A DNA stretch of 64,000 nt from Lama glama (Eukaryota). The notes under the pieces were generated by a model. That model worked only from the letters and a program-made list of their open reading frames with translations, ran no database searches and was not told the DNA's origin. The stretch spans positions 29,762,001 to 29,826,000 of the forward strand of contig CM052817.1 of NCBI GenBank assembly GCA_028534125.1, written 5' to 3'. The position numbers and the translations under genes were made by a program. Below, piece by piece: positions 50,740 through 64,000 of this stretch (the first letter of the stretch is position 1; every line of letters starts with the position of its first letter).

Positions 50740-51650
50740 AAGACCTTTAAATGTGGGCAAAGATTAAAGAGATTTAAAATCTCACCTGTTTTCTGCCATA
50801 TTGTAGTCAATGAAAGTGTCATTATCCTGACGTTCCATAGACTGTCATGCTAATCTAGTTCATTGATAAAGTTATGCAAATTGGACCTAAGAAAGAGACA
50901 GTAGAAAAGGCCTACAATCCGTAGTAAGACCAGTTTGTCAGAATGTAGGAGGTGAGTGCTATGAAAGTTCTCCAAACTGAAAGTTTGTCCAAACCTCCAG
51001 TGAGATAAGTCACCTAGAGCTTTTTAGAATACTCCCTACAGAGTGAAAATGTTTGGCCAATTCATTAATAACTTACCACAGTAAAAGATACACAGAAAGT
51101 CTTTACATTCAAGAAGAAACATGTACTACAGTTGACTGTGGTGCTCTGATCCACTTACTAAATTGTAAGATTTCTGTCTCTGAGTAGGGCTCTCAGCAAG
51201 AGAAGGCTTTATCATGGGACCAGGCTATAGTTCAAGTGACTGCAATTTAGAATGTGTAACCCAACAGGTCAAATGCTAACAAAATTATGGCAAAAAAAAA
51301 AAGTTACTTGGAACTTCTGGCAAATTCAAGTAGAATTTTGGAGGAAGTTCATGCACTCCTCTTTAGATAATTGCTCTCCTTTCCAAAATAGCTCTGGGAT
51401 TGTGACTTGGCCCTGATAACCATTGTGAACGTACAGCCTAAGCTATTCAATGGATGCAACAGCGATTCATCATTAATCCAGCTATATACTTACCCTCACT
51501 CACTCTATAGCTACAGATTAACTAATGGGGACTTATATATGAATAGATAACCAAACAACAACAATAACAAAACTGACCTGATTTATAGTTGGTTCTGTGT
51601 AATATGCCAACACCAAGCAGAAGTGGACTACAGGACTGCTGGAGGATTCA
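50740..51650 (+). pseudogene. highly decayed ERV-L pol fragment (RT connection to RNase H)
   Basis: ccaggctatagttcaag (QA.VQ), gataattgctctcctttccaaaatagctc (NYSPFEKQL-like), cctgatttatagttggttctgtgtaatatgc...aagtggactacag (WFTDGSA...KWTA-like). Confidence 0.6.
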
Positions 51651-52886
51651 AGTCCAAATTAGGGGTATCTCTGAAAGACAATGAAGATAAATCCTCCTAG
51701 TAAATGGAATTCTAAGAGTTTATTTAGTTGCCTAATTTGCTGATGTGGTTTCTTTCCCTGTGCACGGAAATACTCTGTAACAGAAGCTGAAAACCCAAAG
51801 CATTGCCTGTTACCTGTCACCAGTGCAGAGACAGCAACCACTACTTCTCATGTGCTGATCTCTCCTGCTGCTAAGAGTTCAACCTGATTTATCTTTCAAA
51901 TGTGATGTTGGGTGGGAAAAAACGGGGCTGAACTAAGCAGTATTTGGGTAACAAAAATAGTATTTGTGTTAGGTGTTCTGTTTCTTTATGTGTGACAACC
52001 CACTAAATTTTAAAGAAAGTGCTACTTCACCCAAAGCTAATAAAAATATATATATATACAAGTATGTTTCATTGATGTTTTCTTATTGATTATTGTATAA
52101 TTATAGTTGTTTTTACTCAGTGCTCAAATTAAATAGTTTTTACAAAAAATAAAGACTAATTTTTAAGTAAGACTATTTTAGGGGGAAAAAGATAGACAGT
52201 TAATCCCAAGTGATGTTTATGTATATAAACATTTAAAAAATAATGCTCTGTATAAGTTATTTCTCCAACTAAACCTTGAAAGGGACTATTAAACATTCCT
52301 TCAGTTAATGAATTCCCATTTCCAAAGTTGTATAGCATACTTTTACTTGTTGAAGAGGACATATATAGGGCAAAATTTGTATTTATATCTTCTTTTGTGA
52401 TGAAGTGTTCTCATGTCTTCTCTGCTAACTGCTAACATTCATTTAGTTCTTTCAAAATGAGACCATCACAACTGCCTTGACACTTCAAAAGACTAAATAA
52501 GGCTTCCATTAGAAATTTTGTAGTATCCATGTGGTCTACCATTCCTAGAAATGTTGTTATTAGGGATTGTATTTCTCTTACATATAAATGGAAGTTTAGA
52601 GATAAAGAGAGACTTCTTGGCTCCAGTTGTTTCTTGTCAATTAACAACAGCAACAAGAAGAACACAAACTAAAAAAGAACAGGTATTTGAGTCCCAGAAT
52701 GGATACTTTTAACTGTATCAATTTGCTGTTCATTTGTATGCATTTACAGCAGATCAATCTGCTGTAAAAGTTTGTACAAGATATATGTCTAATCACCTCA
52801 CTCAGAAGAAATCTCTTATTTAATGACCTCCCCCTCCATACTTAAAAACACCCTCATGTATCCTTGCCTTCACACATCTACTTTGA

Positions 52887-52925
52887 TATAGATAGATAGG
52901 TAGATAGGTAATAGATAGATAGATC
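52887..52925. repeat. (GATA)n microsatellite, imperfect
   Basis: Directly visible. Confidence 0.85.
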
Positions 52926-53854
52926 AATCTAGATCTGGATAAATACTTTTGCAAATAGTTTATAATGTATTGAAAACCTATATAATCTAATTCTTAATCA
53001 CTCACTATTTCTTGAAGTCTGGCTTCTAATTGCAACGTTCCACCAAAATCTTCAACTTTTCAACTTCTTTCTGTATTTTTGATCTTTAAAAAATATATTT
53101 TATGGAATATTTTAAGCATATAAAAGTAGAGAGAGTAGTATAATAAACACCTATGTCCTGATAGCCCAGTTTCTACAACTATTAGTGTATACCATATTTC
53201 ATCTATGCCCCAAACCACATCTTCAAGAGTGATTTAACAATTAGAAGTGCAAAGGAAGTGAAGATTAGGGATTGGAAAGATTAGGTACAAGTCAAAGTTA
53301 GTAAAGAAAAGGGCTAACTTTTCCTTTAAAACAAGTAGAAATAGGAAACATTGAGTGAAGACACTAAATATTTTCAAATGAAATGAATGCAATTTAAATA
53401 GTAACTTTGATCATAACATGAATATGATTTGAATATATCTTTTTGTAATATGGAAGAAGGGAGATTGGAGCTTTGTGGATTGTGGTAAAGGCTTATAATA
53501 TGCCGAAGGGAATAAAGTTAGCTATTAAAAATAAACTAATCAAAAGATTCTGAGGAACATTGATACTAAAACTGTAGCCAATCAGAAAGAATTTCAAGTA
53601 GGTTTAGTGAACAAGCTATCCTGATCTTTTGAAAAATCTTAAATTCTAAAGTAAGAATTTAGGACACTGAATGTGGGAATGTGCCTGATACTGAGGTGCT
53701 TGTGGTACTTGCAAATGAACAATTATCCAAATATTAAGTGGCAGAGTCAGTCACTCAGTTGACTGTGATACATACCCGTTGCTTGGAGATCTCGATCCTT
53801 AATAACATACAAGTCATAGGCACCAATCAATCAGAAAAAGGTCAAAATGCTGGA

Positions 53855-54196
53855 GTAGGGGTCTGGGAATCATCCTCCCAAATTCATATGTTGAAATCCT
53901 AACTTCTAATATGATGGTATGAGAAGAATGGGCCTTTGGAAGGTGATTAGGTCATGAAGGTGGAGTCCTCATGAATGGGTTAGTGCCCTTATAAAAGTGG
54001 CCCCAGAGAGTTCCCTCACTCCTTCTGCCACATGGGGACAGATCAAGAAGACAGCCATGAACCAGGGAATGGTTCCTTATTAGACACCAAATCTTCTGAC
54101 ACCTTGATTTTGGACTTTCCAGCTTCCAAAACCGTGAGAAATAAATTTCTGTTTATAAGTCTATAATAATTACAGCAGCTCAAATGGACTAAGACA
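53855..54196 (+). mobile_element. MLT1A0 MaLR solo LTR
   Basis: caaattcatatgttgaaatcctaac...ggtgattaggtcatgaaggtggagtcctcatgaatggg...aatggactaagaca. Confidence 0.85.
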
Positions 54197-54262
54197 ATAA
54201 TTCTGATAGTGTTTTTACACTTCAGAATGTCAGAATATACTCTGCAATTTTAAAACCATAAG

Positions 54263-54264
<2 letters not shown>

Positions 54265-54298
<34 letters not shown>
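54265..54298. repeat. (GT)17 perfect microsatellite
   Basis: Directly visible. Confidence 0.97.
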
Positions 54299-54299
<1 letters not shown>

Positions 54300-56112
54300 T
54301 TATATATATAACATATTCTGTAGTACATCAGTTAACACCTATACAGGCAATATAGTTGAGGTTGGGAAATGGGGAGTTTAGGAGAGTGATGGAGTACTTT
54401 GTAGCCTGTGGTAACTGGATCAACTTATAGAAAAAGGAGTTGAGAAGGTCTTAAAGAAAAAAAGAAATTAAATAAGATACAGTCAATTCTATACATAGGA
54501 AATTAAGAATTTTGGAATGAAGATATGCATGCAGTATTAGTAGACACTGAGTAGGACAATCTGGTTAAGATCAAAATATCATTTCATAGAATAGCAAGTA
54601 ATATATTTGGAAATTATAATTACAGCAAATTGTGTATGACTTTTAGTAGCAAATTAAGAAATTAATCTCTGTTTGTAATTTTTCCAAACTCTGTAATTTA
54701 AAGTATGTCCTGAAAATTGTGAAGTGTTTTGTAAGGGTTAGGACAATTAAGTTGTAAATTCTATGAAGAATCATTAAAGCATAGCTGTAAGTCATTAAAG
54801 AAATCCAGCAATATGATATTAGGATATAAATCCAACAAAAGAGAATGTTTTCCTTTTGATTTCAGACCAGGATGACATAAAGCCATAGATAACTCTTAAC
54901 TCTACCTATAATTGATCTAATTGTTATGACAGGATTGAGGCTAGAACACATAGAGTATTTCACTATCATCCTTATGCACTTCTTATCTTAGCTCTGTAGA
55001 CTTTAATAACTTATGCTATAGAAATAATAGAAAACATTGGCAAATGTAAAGGAAAGCTGCCTTTGATATCTTAAGCCAGTTATGACATGTAACTGTAAGT
55101 AATGTTTATTCTATTATAAACAATCACTGCTATGTATCAATGATTATTAGTATGGTAATAATGGTAAAAATAAAAATGATAATTAATATTTTAAGCACTT
55201 ACAATTTACTATGCACTGTCCTAAGGATTTTAATACATATAGTGATATACTAATTTTTATTATTCTATGAGGAAGATAATGAGCTCTTTTACTAGTGAGA
55301 ACACTGAGGTAAAGAACATTTCAGTATTTAATTGTCCAGTGTTTCATAAGTTATAAGAAATAAGAAGCATATGACTAAAATGCTACTGATTCAAAATATC
55401 AGTGTATGAGAAAAATACTCAAATTGCCTTGAAATTCCAAGAACAGCCATTTTTTATCCTAGTAACACTATTATTAAAATAAATAAAATGTTACTTTAGA
55501 TTAGTTAATATTTGATTAAGTGATATATTTCCTCCTAAATTCTTAAAGTTTCATAGCTGAATGTTAGCCCAGAGTAACAGACTATTTTTTTTGTCTAATT
55601 TTTTTGCCTAATTACACATTTAATGTTGCTACCAAAAAAAAACAAAATCAAAACAAAACAAAAGTCTCTCTGAATTTATGGCTCTCTAAATTATACTGTA
55701 AAACTTTTCAGATTTATTTTCAGATAAAACTAAGGAATGAATAAGAATATTATCTAGATTTCTAGGATGTTTCTTAATACCAAGCGTTGTAATATTTGTG
55801 TAGCTACAGTGATTCTCAGCTATAATAGGAATTTTAATATTAAATAATTGTGATATGAAAGATCTATATATTCATATTGAATCTAATATTAAATATTTTA
55901 TAAATATTTTATAATATTTAATATTAAACATTATAATATTAAAACAAAACATGCTTTATATTTTTTGTATTACATTGATCACATATTTTTCTTCCTAAAA
56001 CTTTTATACAAGGCTTTTATAAAAGAAAAAAATTGCCCAAGTGGTTTCTTCAGAATAATATTATTAAAAAAGCCCAAATTTACCTCATCATTTTCTTACT
56101 CACTCATAAGTT

Positions 56113-56180
56113 AGTACTAACTTTTAAAGAGTACTAACTCTTTAAAATTATGGAGTACTAACTCTTAAAAATAATGGAAG
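56113..56180. repeat. imperfect tandem repeat with core agtactaact (3 copies, 17-24 bp period)
   Basis: Copies start at 56113, 56130 and 56154. Confidence 0.9.
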
Positions 56181-56199
56181 TCAGATCTTTATAGTTTTC

Positions 56200-56527
56200 T
56201 CTTTTTCAGCATTTTCCCCACCTGCATTCTTGCAGTCTCTGACTCACTGAACTACAAACTTTCTCCTCGACACAGTGAGCCACTGTTTTGGTTACCTCAC
56301 CTGTATGCTGTGGCTTGAACACCATCTTCAGATGGTAAACTAAGGCAGTAATAGGACTCAAATTGTTTGTTTCTCTTTTTCCAGGGGTCACAATTGTATA
56401 CATCCTATTGTCTAATGTCTAAAAACAATGTCTAAACATTTAGTTTATTTTTTTTCTGAATTTTCAGGTGTTAATGGCCTAAAGGCATTTGCCATGAGAG
56501 TTAAAGGAGTATCAGGAGGCAGAACAA
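56200..56527 (-). mobile_element. old L1M 5'-UTR fragment
   Basis: aaactaaggcagtaataggactca...ggtcacaattg...cctattgtctaatgtctaaaaaca resembles antisense L1MC/ME 5' end. Confidence 0.5.
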
Positions 56528-56554
56528 AATAATTCTAATTCTAAACACGTTATT

Positions 56555-57562
56555 TTCAAAATAGAAGGTGAAGGAACACTAACTCAGTTACATGACTACC
56601 AATACCTGAAACCAAAAACAGACTAACACGTTATAAGAAAACATTATTCTCTATGAATGTAGATAGCAAGATACTTAGCAACATTAGCAAACTGAAGCGA
56701 ACATATATAAAAAGGATAACTTACGATCATTAAATCGGTTTTATCCCAGAAATGCAAAATGCTGAATTAATACTGAAAAACAAATCAATATAATTTACCA
56801 TATTACAGATTATAAAAATGAATAATTACAATAGATGTAAAAAAGAACATTTGACAAAATTCAACACCCATTCATGATTAAAACAAAAAAACCCTTCGAC
56901 AAATGAGAAATAGAAATATACTTCTTCATCCTGATAAAGGACATATACAAAGTACCTACAGCTAAAATGATACTTAATGTTGAAAAACAGAGTGCTTTTT
57001 CTCTAAAACCAGTGTTTGCTCCCACCAGTTCCATTTAATATTGTATTAAGAGTCTAGTCAGTGTTTTAAATCAAGAAAAATAAATAAAATCCATACACAT
57101 TAGAAAGGAGTATAAAGCTGTCTTTGTTTACAGACTACAGAATAGTTTATGTATAAAAATCCCTCAGGCTTTATAAAAAGCATATATGAGTTAATTGGGG
57201 GGTTATAAGTTAACAGAATACCAAATCAATATGTAAAGCTCGATGGTATGTCTGCATGCTAGCAAGGTATACTTAAAAATTGAAATTAAAAGTAAGTGCT
57301 CCTTACAAAAGAATTCAACAACATGAAACACTTTGTTAGATAATTTTATGAAAGTATTTATAAGACCTCTGCACTGAAAACTTACAAATTGCTGAAATAA
57401 ATTAGAACGGCATAACCAGAGAAATACCTTGTGTGTACAGATCAGAACATCCAGCATTATAAACATGTCTGTTTCCTTCAAATTAACCTATAGATAAAAC
57501 ACAATGCCATTTAAATTTCCGGCAGGATTTTTGTAGAAATAAAGAAGCTGTTTCTAAATAGA
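56555..57562 (+). mobile_element. old L1 ORF2 reverse-transcriptase region, decayed
   Basis: ggttttatcccagaaatgcaa (GFIPGMQ), gaacatttgacaaaattcaacacccattcatgattaaa (AFDKIQHPFMIK), tctttgtttacagactacag (SLFADD-like). Confidence 0.85.
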
Positions 57563-58838
57563 TCTTTTACTGATCTCTGCTTTTCAACCTGGATTTTGAA
57601 TTAATCTATTTAAATCAAGATGCTTTTAAAAAACTCATGTCGCATTAGTAACAGAGCCTAACCTTCTGATAAAGAATAAACAGAGTAAAAGTAGCCTAAT
57701 ACCCATTATCCACAGGGTAGCTGTGTTAAAAAGTGCTTTACCACAAATACAATATACAAGAATAAAAAAAAAGTAGGCGTATAGTTTGCCCGGATGCTCA
57801 TAAACATAAAAAGTTCTGCCAGATAGTGTCAGCAGGGGTAAGACCAAGATTCAATCAAGGAGTTCATATGCACCCTTCAAACCTAATTGCTAAAAGCTGA
57901 ATAAACATAATGCTATGGCAAGGGGCAGGGTTCGTAATATAAAGCTCTACCTAAATATTTTAATATTTTGTGGTAGTTTCAGTTATCCTTTTGCTACGAA
58001 AAATATTTTACCTGTGGGAAAATGTGCAGAGGATCAGAAGAAAATATAGAGTAAAATATGATACCCCAAGTTTTATGGGAACAATATTAGAAAATGCACA
58101 CTTATTCACAAGCACACTCACAAACACGTATATGTCAGATTATTTTCATGAAAAATTATTTTCATATTATAAGATTTAAAGTCTAAAGAAATATAATATA
58201 TTTCACAGACTTAGAAACTTGACTTGATGGCACAGCCATAATTTGAACTTAATTGTTTCACTTTAACGATTTTAAGAGGATATATGTACGTATGATTTAT
58301 GTAGACATATGTATACATGTATGTATGCATGTATGATTCAAATTTCACGGATTACTCAATAGCAATACCCATTACTTCTGCTATATTTCAATTAGCTAGT
58401 TTACATAATACAAATGCTACTTTTGTAAGAAAGTGAGTGTATATATCTTTAAAAATGAGGAAACCCTTCAGCAAAAATTTTAAGAAAATTATATCAGATA
58501 TATTTTAGCAATCTAAGATGATGCAGTAATAATATTATTATTATACTTACTCAATATTAGGGCATCTGTTTTTTTCTTTTTTCAGGTAGCACTATTATAG
58601 AATGTTCATATGCTAAGAGTAATGAGCAGGAGGAATGAGAAGAGATGGGATATGGTCCACAGGTAGAGGAGCTGGCCTTAGAGAGAACCATGGCTTGTCC
58701 ATCTGGAGTAATAGGAGGGAATGGAGAACATATAGGTATATAGACAATAATTTTGTAGATGTGCTTCTGGGAGTACATGACATTTGTCTTCATATTGTTC
58801 TCAGAAATTAAAGTAAGGAGAACATAGGAAACACATAC

Positions 58839-59396
58839 AGTGCAGAAAATAGTTAAAATTGAAGACTTGAGACTGCTATTTTGAGAAAGATTTGCTTGCA
58901 AAGTTGGCTGCTTTTTAAAGATGTCTGGAAACTTATAATCATAGGAGCATGCCCACCATTCTCATAACTTGTGAGAGTGGCACACACTTTGTAAACTGTA
59001 CAAAAATGTGGCTTTATGCTGAACACCTACTTTCCTACTGAATGTTTTAAAAGGTGGTGCATGCTATGCAGAGGGTGCCTACATGAATAACCCCCAACAA
59101 AAACTATGATCACTGAGTCTGTAATGAGCTTCCCACTCAGACAATATGTTATGTGTGTTGTCACACTGGTTACTGAAAGAATTAAGCACATCCTGTGTGA
59201 TTCCACTGGGAGAGAACTCTTGAAAATTTACACTTATTACCTCTGGATTTTGCCCATGTGCCCTTTTCCTTTGCTGATTTTGCTTTGTATCTTTCATTGT
59301 CTTATGTCATAGTTATGAATATGAATATATGCAGAGTTTCATAAGGTTTCCTAGTGAAAAATCAAACCCAGGCTGGCTTTAGGGACCTGTTATCAA
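58839..59396 (+). mobile_element. MER68-like ERVL solo LTR
   Basis: gtgcagaaaatagttaa...tgagactgctatt...gcttgcaaagttggc start; ctgagtctgtaatgagcttccc and cctgtgtgattccactgggagag internal motifs. Confidence 0.8.
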
Positions 59397-59397
59397 A

Positions 59398-59412
59398 ACA
59401 CACATGAACACA

Positions 59413-59444
<32 letters not shown>

Positions 59445-59458
59445 TGCATCCACACACA
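59398..59458. repeat. (CA)n microsatellite, interrupted
   Basis: Directly visible. Confidence 0.95.
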
Positions 59459-59949
59459 TCCTATATGTAGTTAAAATATTAAATAACTTGCATCAATTAT
59501 TTAATTATTTTTTAGTGGTAAGTCCCACTTTCTATCTCTGTTGGGAATTTTTATGAAGTGTTACTATATCTATCAATATAGGATAAATAATTATTTAAAA
59601 TATGATAAAGTAGCCATAAGAATTGCAAATTTTATTTAACTTTCAAAATTTTTAGTAAGTTAAATAGATAGAGGATATGATGTTAGCAATTTAAAATTAG
59701 TGAGATCCTGAGGTTGGACTTGTGTAGTCTGTTTGGGGTTCTAATGTACTATCTGTTCAATTAGAAATAGAGCTGATTCAAAATGAAGTATTGGAAATAT
59801 TGGGTGAGGAGTATAAAATAATATTTTGTAAAGAATATAAATATTGGAATAAAAACTAGAAAAAGAAAAGACATAGTTAAGGAAATAGAACTTTAATTAA
59901 TGAAAACTATAAGCCTTATAGAATATAAGAGGAAAAAAGCTATTTATAT

Positions 59950-60850
59950 TTTAAACAGCAGTATGCAGATACAGATAAAGAATCGATGAACTGTAAATTA
60001 CACTTAAATACATGTCATAGAATTCAGGACATAAAGTCAGAGGTAGAATAAAATAAAAGATAAAAGGCATAGGATGAAATAATGTCTAATATATACGAAA
60101 AAAGAGTCCCAAATAATAGAATAGAAAGATTGTGAGAAGCAATATTTAAAGCAAACTGTATCCAGAAATCATGATAGACTTTAATAAACACTAAGCAGTA
60201 TCAATAAAATGAGACCCATCATGAGCTACATAATAATAAAAACTATAGAATGATAAAATCAAAAATATCTTAAAACATCTACAGTGTATAGACATTTTAC
60301 ATATAAATAATAACAAATCAATACAAAAATTACCAATAGCAACAGTGAAAGCTAGAAGACAGTAGAATAATACCATTAAGTTTAAGAGAGAATGAAGTTA
60401 TTATACTAAATTTTACCCCCAGTTTCATTCTAATTCAGAATAAAAGTGAAAAATAACATTTTATACTAAAAGAAACTAACAAAATTTACTATTAATGGAC
60501 TTCACTAAAATAACTTTTAAAGGCTGTACATCAAGAAAATTGAAAATGATCCCTGAAAAAAAAAAGAAATGCAATAAATAATCAGAAGAAATTAATGTTA
60601 GTAATTATAAGGAAATACTTACTGTATAGAAATAATGATAATGTCTAAGTTTGGGAGGAAAAAAGGCAAAGCTAACCAAGATGATGGACAATCCTATCCG
60701 TGTCCATGAGAAAGAATAGATAAGAATGGTGTTATTGGGATTTAAGATACTTAAGAGGTGTATATTTATAGTTTTTCCTTAAGTATGTGTAGTACAGTTT
60801 TAAGAGCAATCAAAAAATGATAGGAATATAATAAACTGGTATGCAACTGT
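59950..60850 (+). mobile_element. old L1 ORF1 3' region relic
   Basis: A-rich; aaaaatatcttaaaac and agcaacagtgaaagctagaagacagtagaataata are ORF1 C-terminal motifs. Confidence 0.6.
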
Positions 60851-60924
60851 CATCCAGCAAGATAAAAAGTTTTTTCTATGCCTCTAACATTTGTTGAGTT
60901 TGACAAATTTAGATGGTGCATCAG

Positions 60925-61575
60925 TATCACTTGTATCATTATTTGAAGTGAGTTTCTTGTACCTATACATAACATATAGTTGAATTACGTTATTTTTTTT
61001 TAAATTCACTCTGCCAATCTCTTTTAATTGGTGTATTTATACATATACATTTAGTGTAATTATTGATATATTAGAGTTTGAGTTAGGCATTTTTTTATGG
61101 TGTTTGTTTCATTTGTTCTTCATTTCTTTATTTGTTTGTTTTCCTTTAGGTTATTTGTACCTTTAACAAAATTATTTTGATTTATCTATATATTTCTGAG
61201 TATATCTCTGTAGAATATTTTAGTAATTGCTTTAGATATTTCATTAAACATGTATAGTTTATCACAATCAAGTAATGTTCACTATTTTGAGAGAAGTGTA
61301 GAAAACTTATGTTCCTTTAGGTTCCTTTAGATTTTCCCATTTTAACATAATTGTCTAATATATTTCCTCTACATCCTCAAGAACCACATCAGATCATGTT
61401 ACAATTTTTACTTCCATTTTCAAACATAATTTAGAAAACTCATGAATCTATTGCATTGACTCGGATTTCAGCTTTTTACATTGTGCTCTCATCTCTTTTG
61501 ATGTTTCAAGTTTCCTTCTGTTATCCTTTCCTTTCTGCCTCAAGAATTTCCTTTAGCCATTTGTTTATGGTATAT
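60925..61575 (-). mobile_element. old L1ME-type fragment
   Basis: gaagtgagtttcttgta...ttcactctgccaatctcttttaattggtgtattta...catttagtgtaattattgata. Confidence 0.7.
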
Positions 61576-64000
61576 AGTTTGATAACAGATTTTCTTGTCC
61601 CAGACCTGAAAGTGAAATTATTGACATCTTTATTAATTAACTCATAGGCTTATTGTAGTTTTGAAGATCTGTTGTATTGTAAAACCAATAAACAATTATT
61701 CATCATTTTTTTTCTCTTTCCAAATTGAGCAAGTATCACAGAGACTGAACAAAATATGGGCACCTTGATGGGCAATCTCTTCTGAGTAGCCAATCTTCTA
61801 TTTAAAGGTCTTTGGAGAAAACAGTATCTTTGGGAGCAGGTAAGAAGCCAATGTCTTTGAATTTTCAGGGAGAATTTTATTATTTATACAATTAGGATAT
61901 CTCTCTTTAGTAGACCTAGATGCTATATTGAAGGAAATCCTCCTTTGTAATTTCCTTTACTGTTTTTTCACTTGAAGTTGTTTATTATCAGAATCATTCT
62001 AATGAGTAATCAGAGGCATTTGAATTGCTGTATTATTATAATCCCCATAATATGTTAATATATACAACATTAATACATATATTACTGTGTATTAATATAT
62101 TAATACTTCTGTGATTTAAAATCCTATTTCAAAACACAGTTTCAAGAGTTTCATCACTGAAATCCCTATTGCTGCCAATTCAGTATGTCCCAATTTGATT
62201 GAATTTCCACTTTTATTTCTCAATCCTCAATCACCAGGTTGTTTGAATTTTACTTTTCAGTTATGTTCTGGCTGTTTGTTTTTTTTTTTATTTTAATGGT
62301 TTATCTGCTAGCTGGTCTTTGGTCATATTCTTCTTAAAGTCTGATCTTAATTTTTCTGTTATTTAATTATATAGAGAGAATGAAGTGATCTACAAATTAG
62401 GTGTAAATCATTTAATCTTTGTAATAAATACCTGGGAATAAGTGAAAGACATGAATCTTGACCAACGATAGATCGCTGTTCTCTACTCCTGTTCATAATA
62501 GACATCTTGTCTGGATCCCAGATTTCCTCAATACTTTTTTAACTTTAATTCTTCCTACAAAATAGCACGTTTTATGATATTAGGATTTTCTTTATTATTC
62601 TGGACCATCTTTTTTGAAAGCTGATATGTGAAGTATTGTTTTATTAGTTTCTATTATAAGTCCTCATAGCTTTTCTCTAGTTTAGATTAGCCTTGTCCAG
62701 AAATAGGTGATTCATACTTTTTTATGACCATATTTTAAAGTTCTAGACAAAAATCACAAAAAACTGCTAAATATTATCAATTAAACATGACTACTTAGAC
62801 ACAATGCCCTTTTAATTTAACATATTTATTTAGTTAATTTTATTTAACATATTTATATATTTAAATGCTGTAATATTCCATATTTGGCCAGTGCCTAGTT
62901 TCCTGACCTTGTCCTATTGTTCACCATTAACACGTACAAGTATTACCTAATACATTCCATGATGGCTCTTCCAATCTAATGGGAAAAAGAAATTTTCCTC
63001 GAGAATTTTCAAGTAGCTTTTTAAAAATACTTCATGTTTTAAATGTTAATCAAATACAAAAAGCATAGCAGAGATAATGCTATTAAACTATATTTTAACA
63101 ATGAACCATCTATTCACAAAAAGGAAAACTTCAAAGTTACTCAACATTAGCCAGTAAATTATGAGTATTTTTCTTGAGGGTCAGTGACTGGAAATTTCAA
63201 AACTGTTAGATTTTGTTCTACATAGGATAAATTTAAGTACTAATGTTTTACCAGAATTTGTTTCTTATCTTTCTATTCACAAAATCTCTGGCCTTCAGAG
63301 AGTTTAAAGCTCTGAGAGAATAGAATATATGATGTATTAGAAAGTACACACAGGAAAAGCTTTGTGGATAGGCATGCTCAGTATTCCTTTATCTTAAGGT
63401 GGCCTATCTCCCTCTTTTGCACCGAGATAACTGATGTGGATAACACAATTGCAATTTCCTCCTTTAACTTAGATTTATAAGAAAAGAGTTTCTTTTATTT
63501 TCCAATAGAGATATAATGAAGGAGCAAGCAAAAAAATAATATTTTATTGCATAATTCAAAATACAGACTCAAGATAATATTATATATTTCTTTTATTTCC
63601 TTTTGAAAAATATTCTAATGGCTTTAATCTGTCATGCCTTCCAGCTTACATATTTAATTTTTTTTTCAACTGATAAATTTTAATTCCATTTGCTCCCAGA
63701 TCAAGCAAGCAAATATCAAAGGTCCAAAGATTCTCACTAAGCTTGGTTTAGGGAACTTTCAATACTCACTACCCACATATTCCTTCTGCAGCACACTGGC
63801 CAAACAAAATTTGGCTATCAACTTACTTATAGCTAGGGAAAAAAAAGGGAAAATGAATATTAAGCATTTCTAATTAGAGAATTGTAATCTCCGGGGAGAC
63901 ATAATTTAAACACAATTTGGTTGTAAATGAATTTTCTCATTGTCATTGGGATCGTTTTCTTGTTTATTGGTTATACATTTGGAAATAATTTTATGTCAAT

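Noticed and set aside
55884..55926. AT-only inverted repeat (14-bp arms)
   Set aside because: Low-complexity A/T sequence in which such symmetry arises easily
56113..56180. Three agtactaact units as a regulatory or repeat-spacer array
   Set aside because: Short slippage-type tandem repeat with related, not unique, spacers

Overview
AT-rich, CpG-depleted placental-mammal genomic DNA, mostly intergenic or intronic and dominated by old interspersed repeats. These are L1 (L1M-type), L2, MIR, MaLR LTRs (MLT1), ERVL-class LTRs (LTR16, MER54, MER68 and MER74-like), ERV1 LTRs (MER31), several decayed ERV-L internal regions, and the DNA transposons MER3 and MER20. Short, younger L1 3' ends of artiodactyl type, with no recognisable Alu, BovA/BovB, PRE1 or SINEC, point tentatively to a camelid. 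I recognise no intact protein-coding gene, RNA gene, CRISPR array or other prokaryotic-type system; most six-frame ORFs are chance ORFs or repeat relics. The notable items are: (1) a candidate cluster of small in-phase + strand exons at 14.9-19.2 kb; (2) a 5'-truncated retrocopy of an mRNA 3' UTR at 32.7-33.2 kb with poly(A) signal, A-tail and TSD; (3) a 45-bp perfect duplication fused to a 59-bp copy taken from 1.5 kb away, plus several smaller template-switch scars; (4) a perfect 15-bp inverted repeat carrying two STAT GAS motifs; (5) an ERV-L gag-pro-RT-IN-dUTPase relic. Repeat family names and boundaries come from recalled consensus sequences read by eye and need RepeatMasker/Dfam confirmation.
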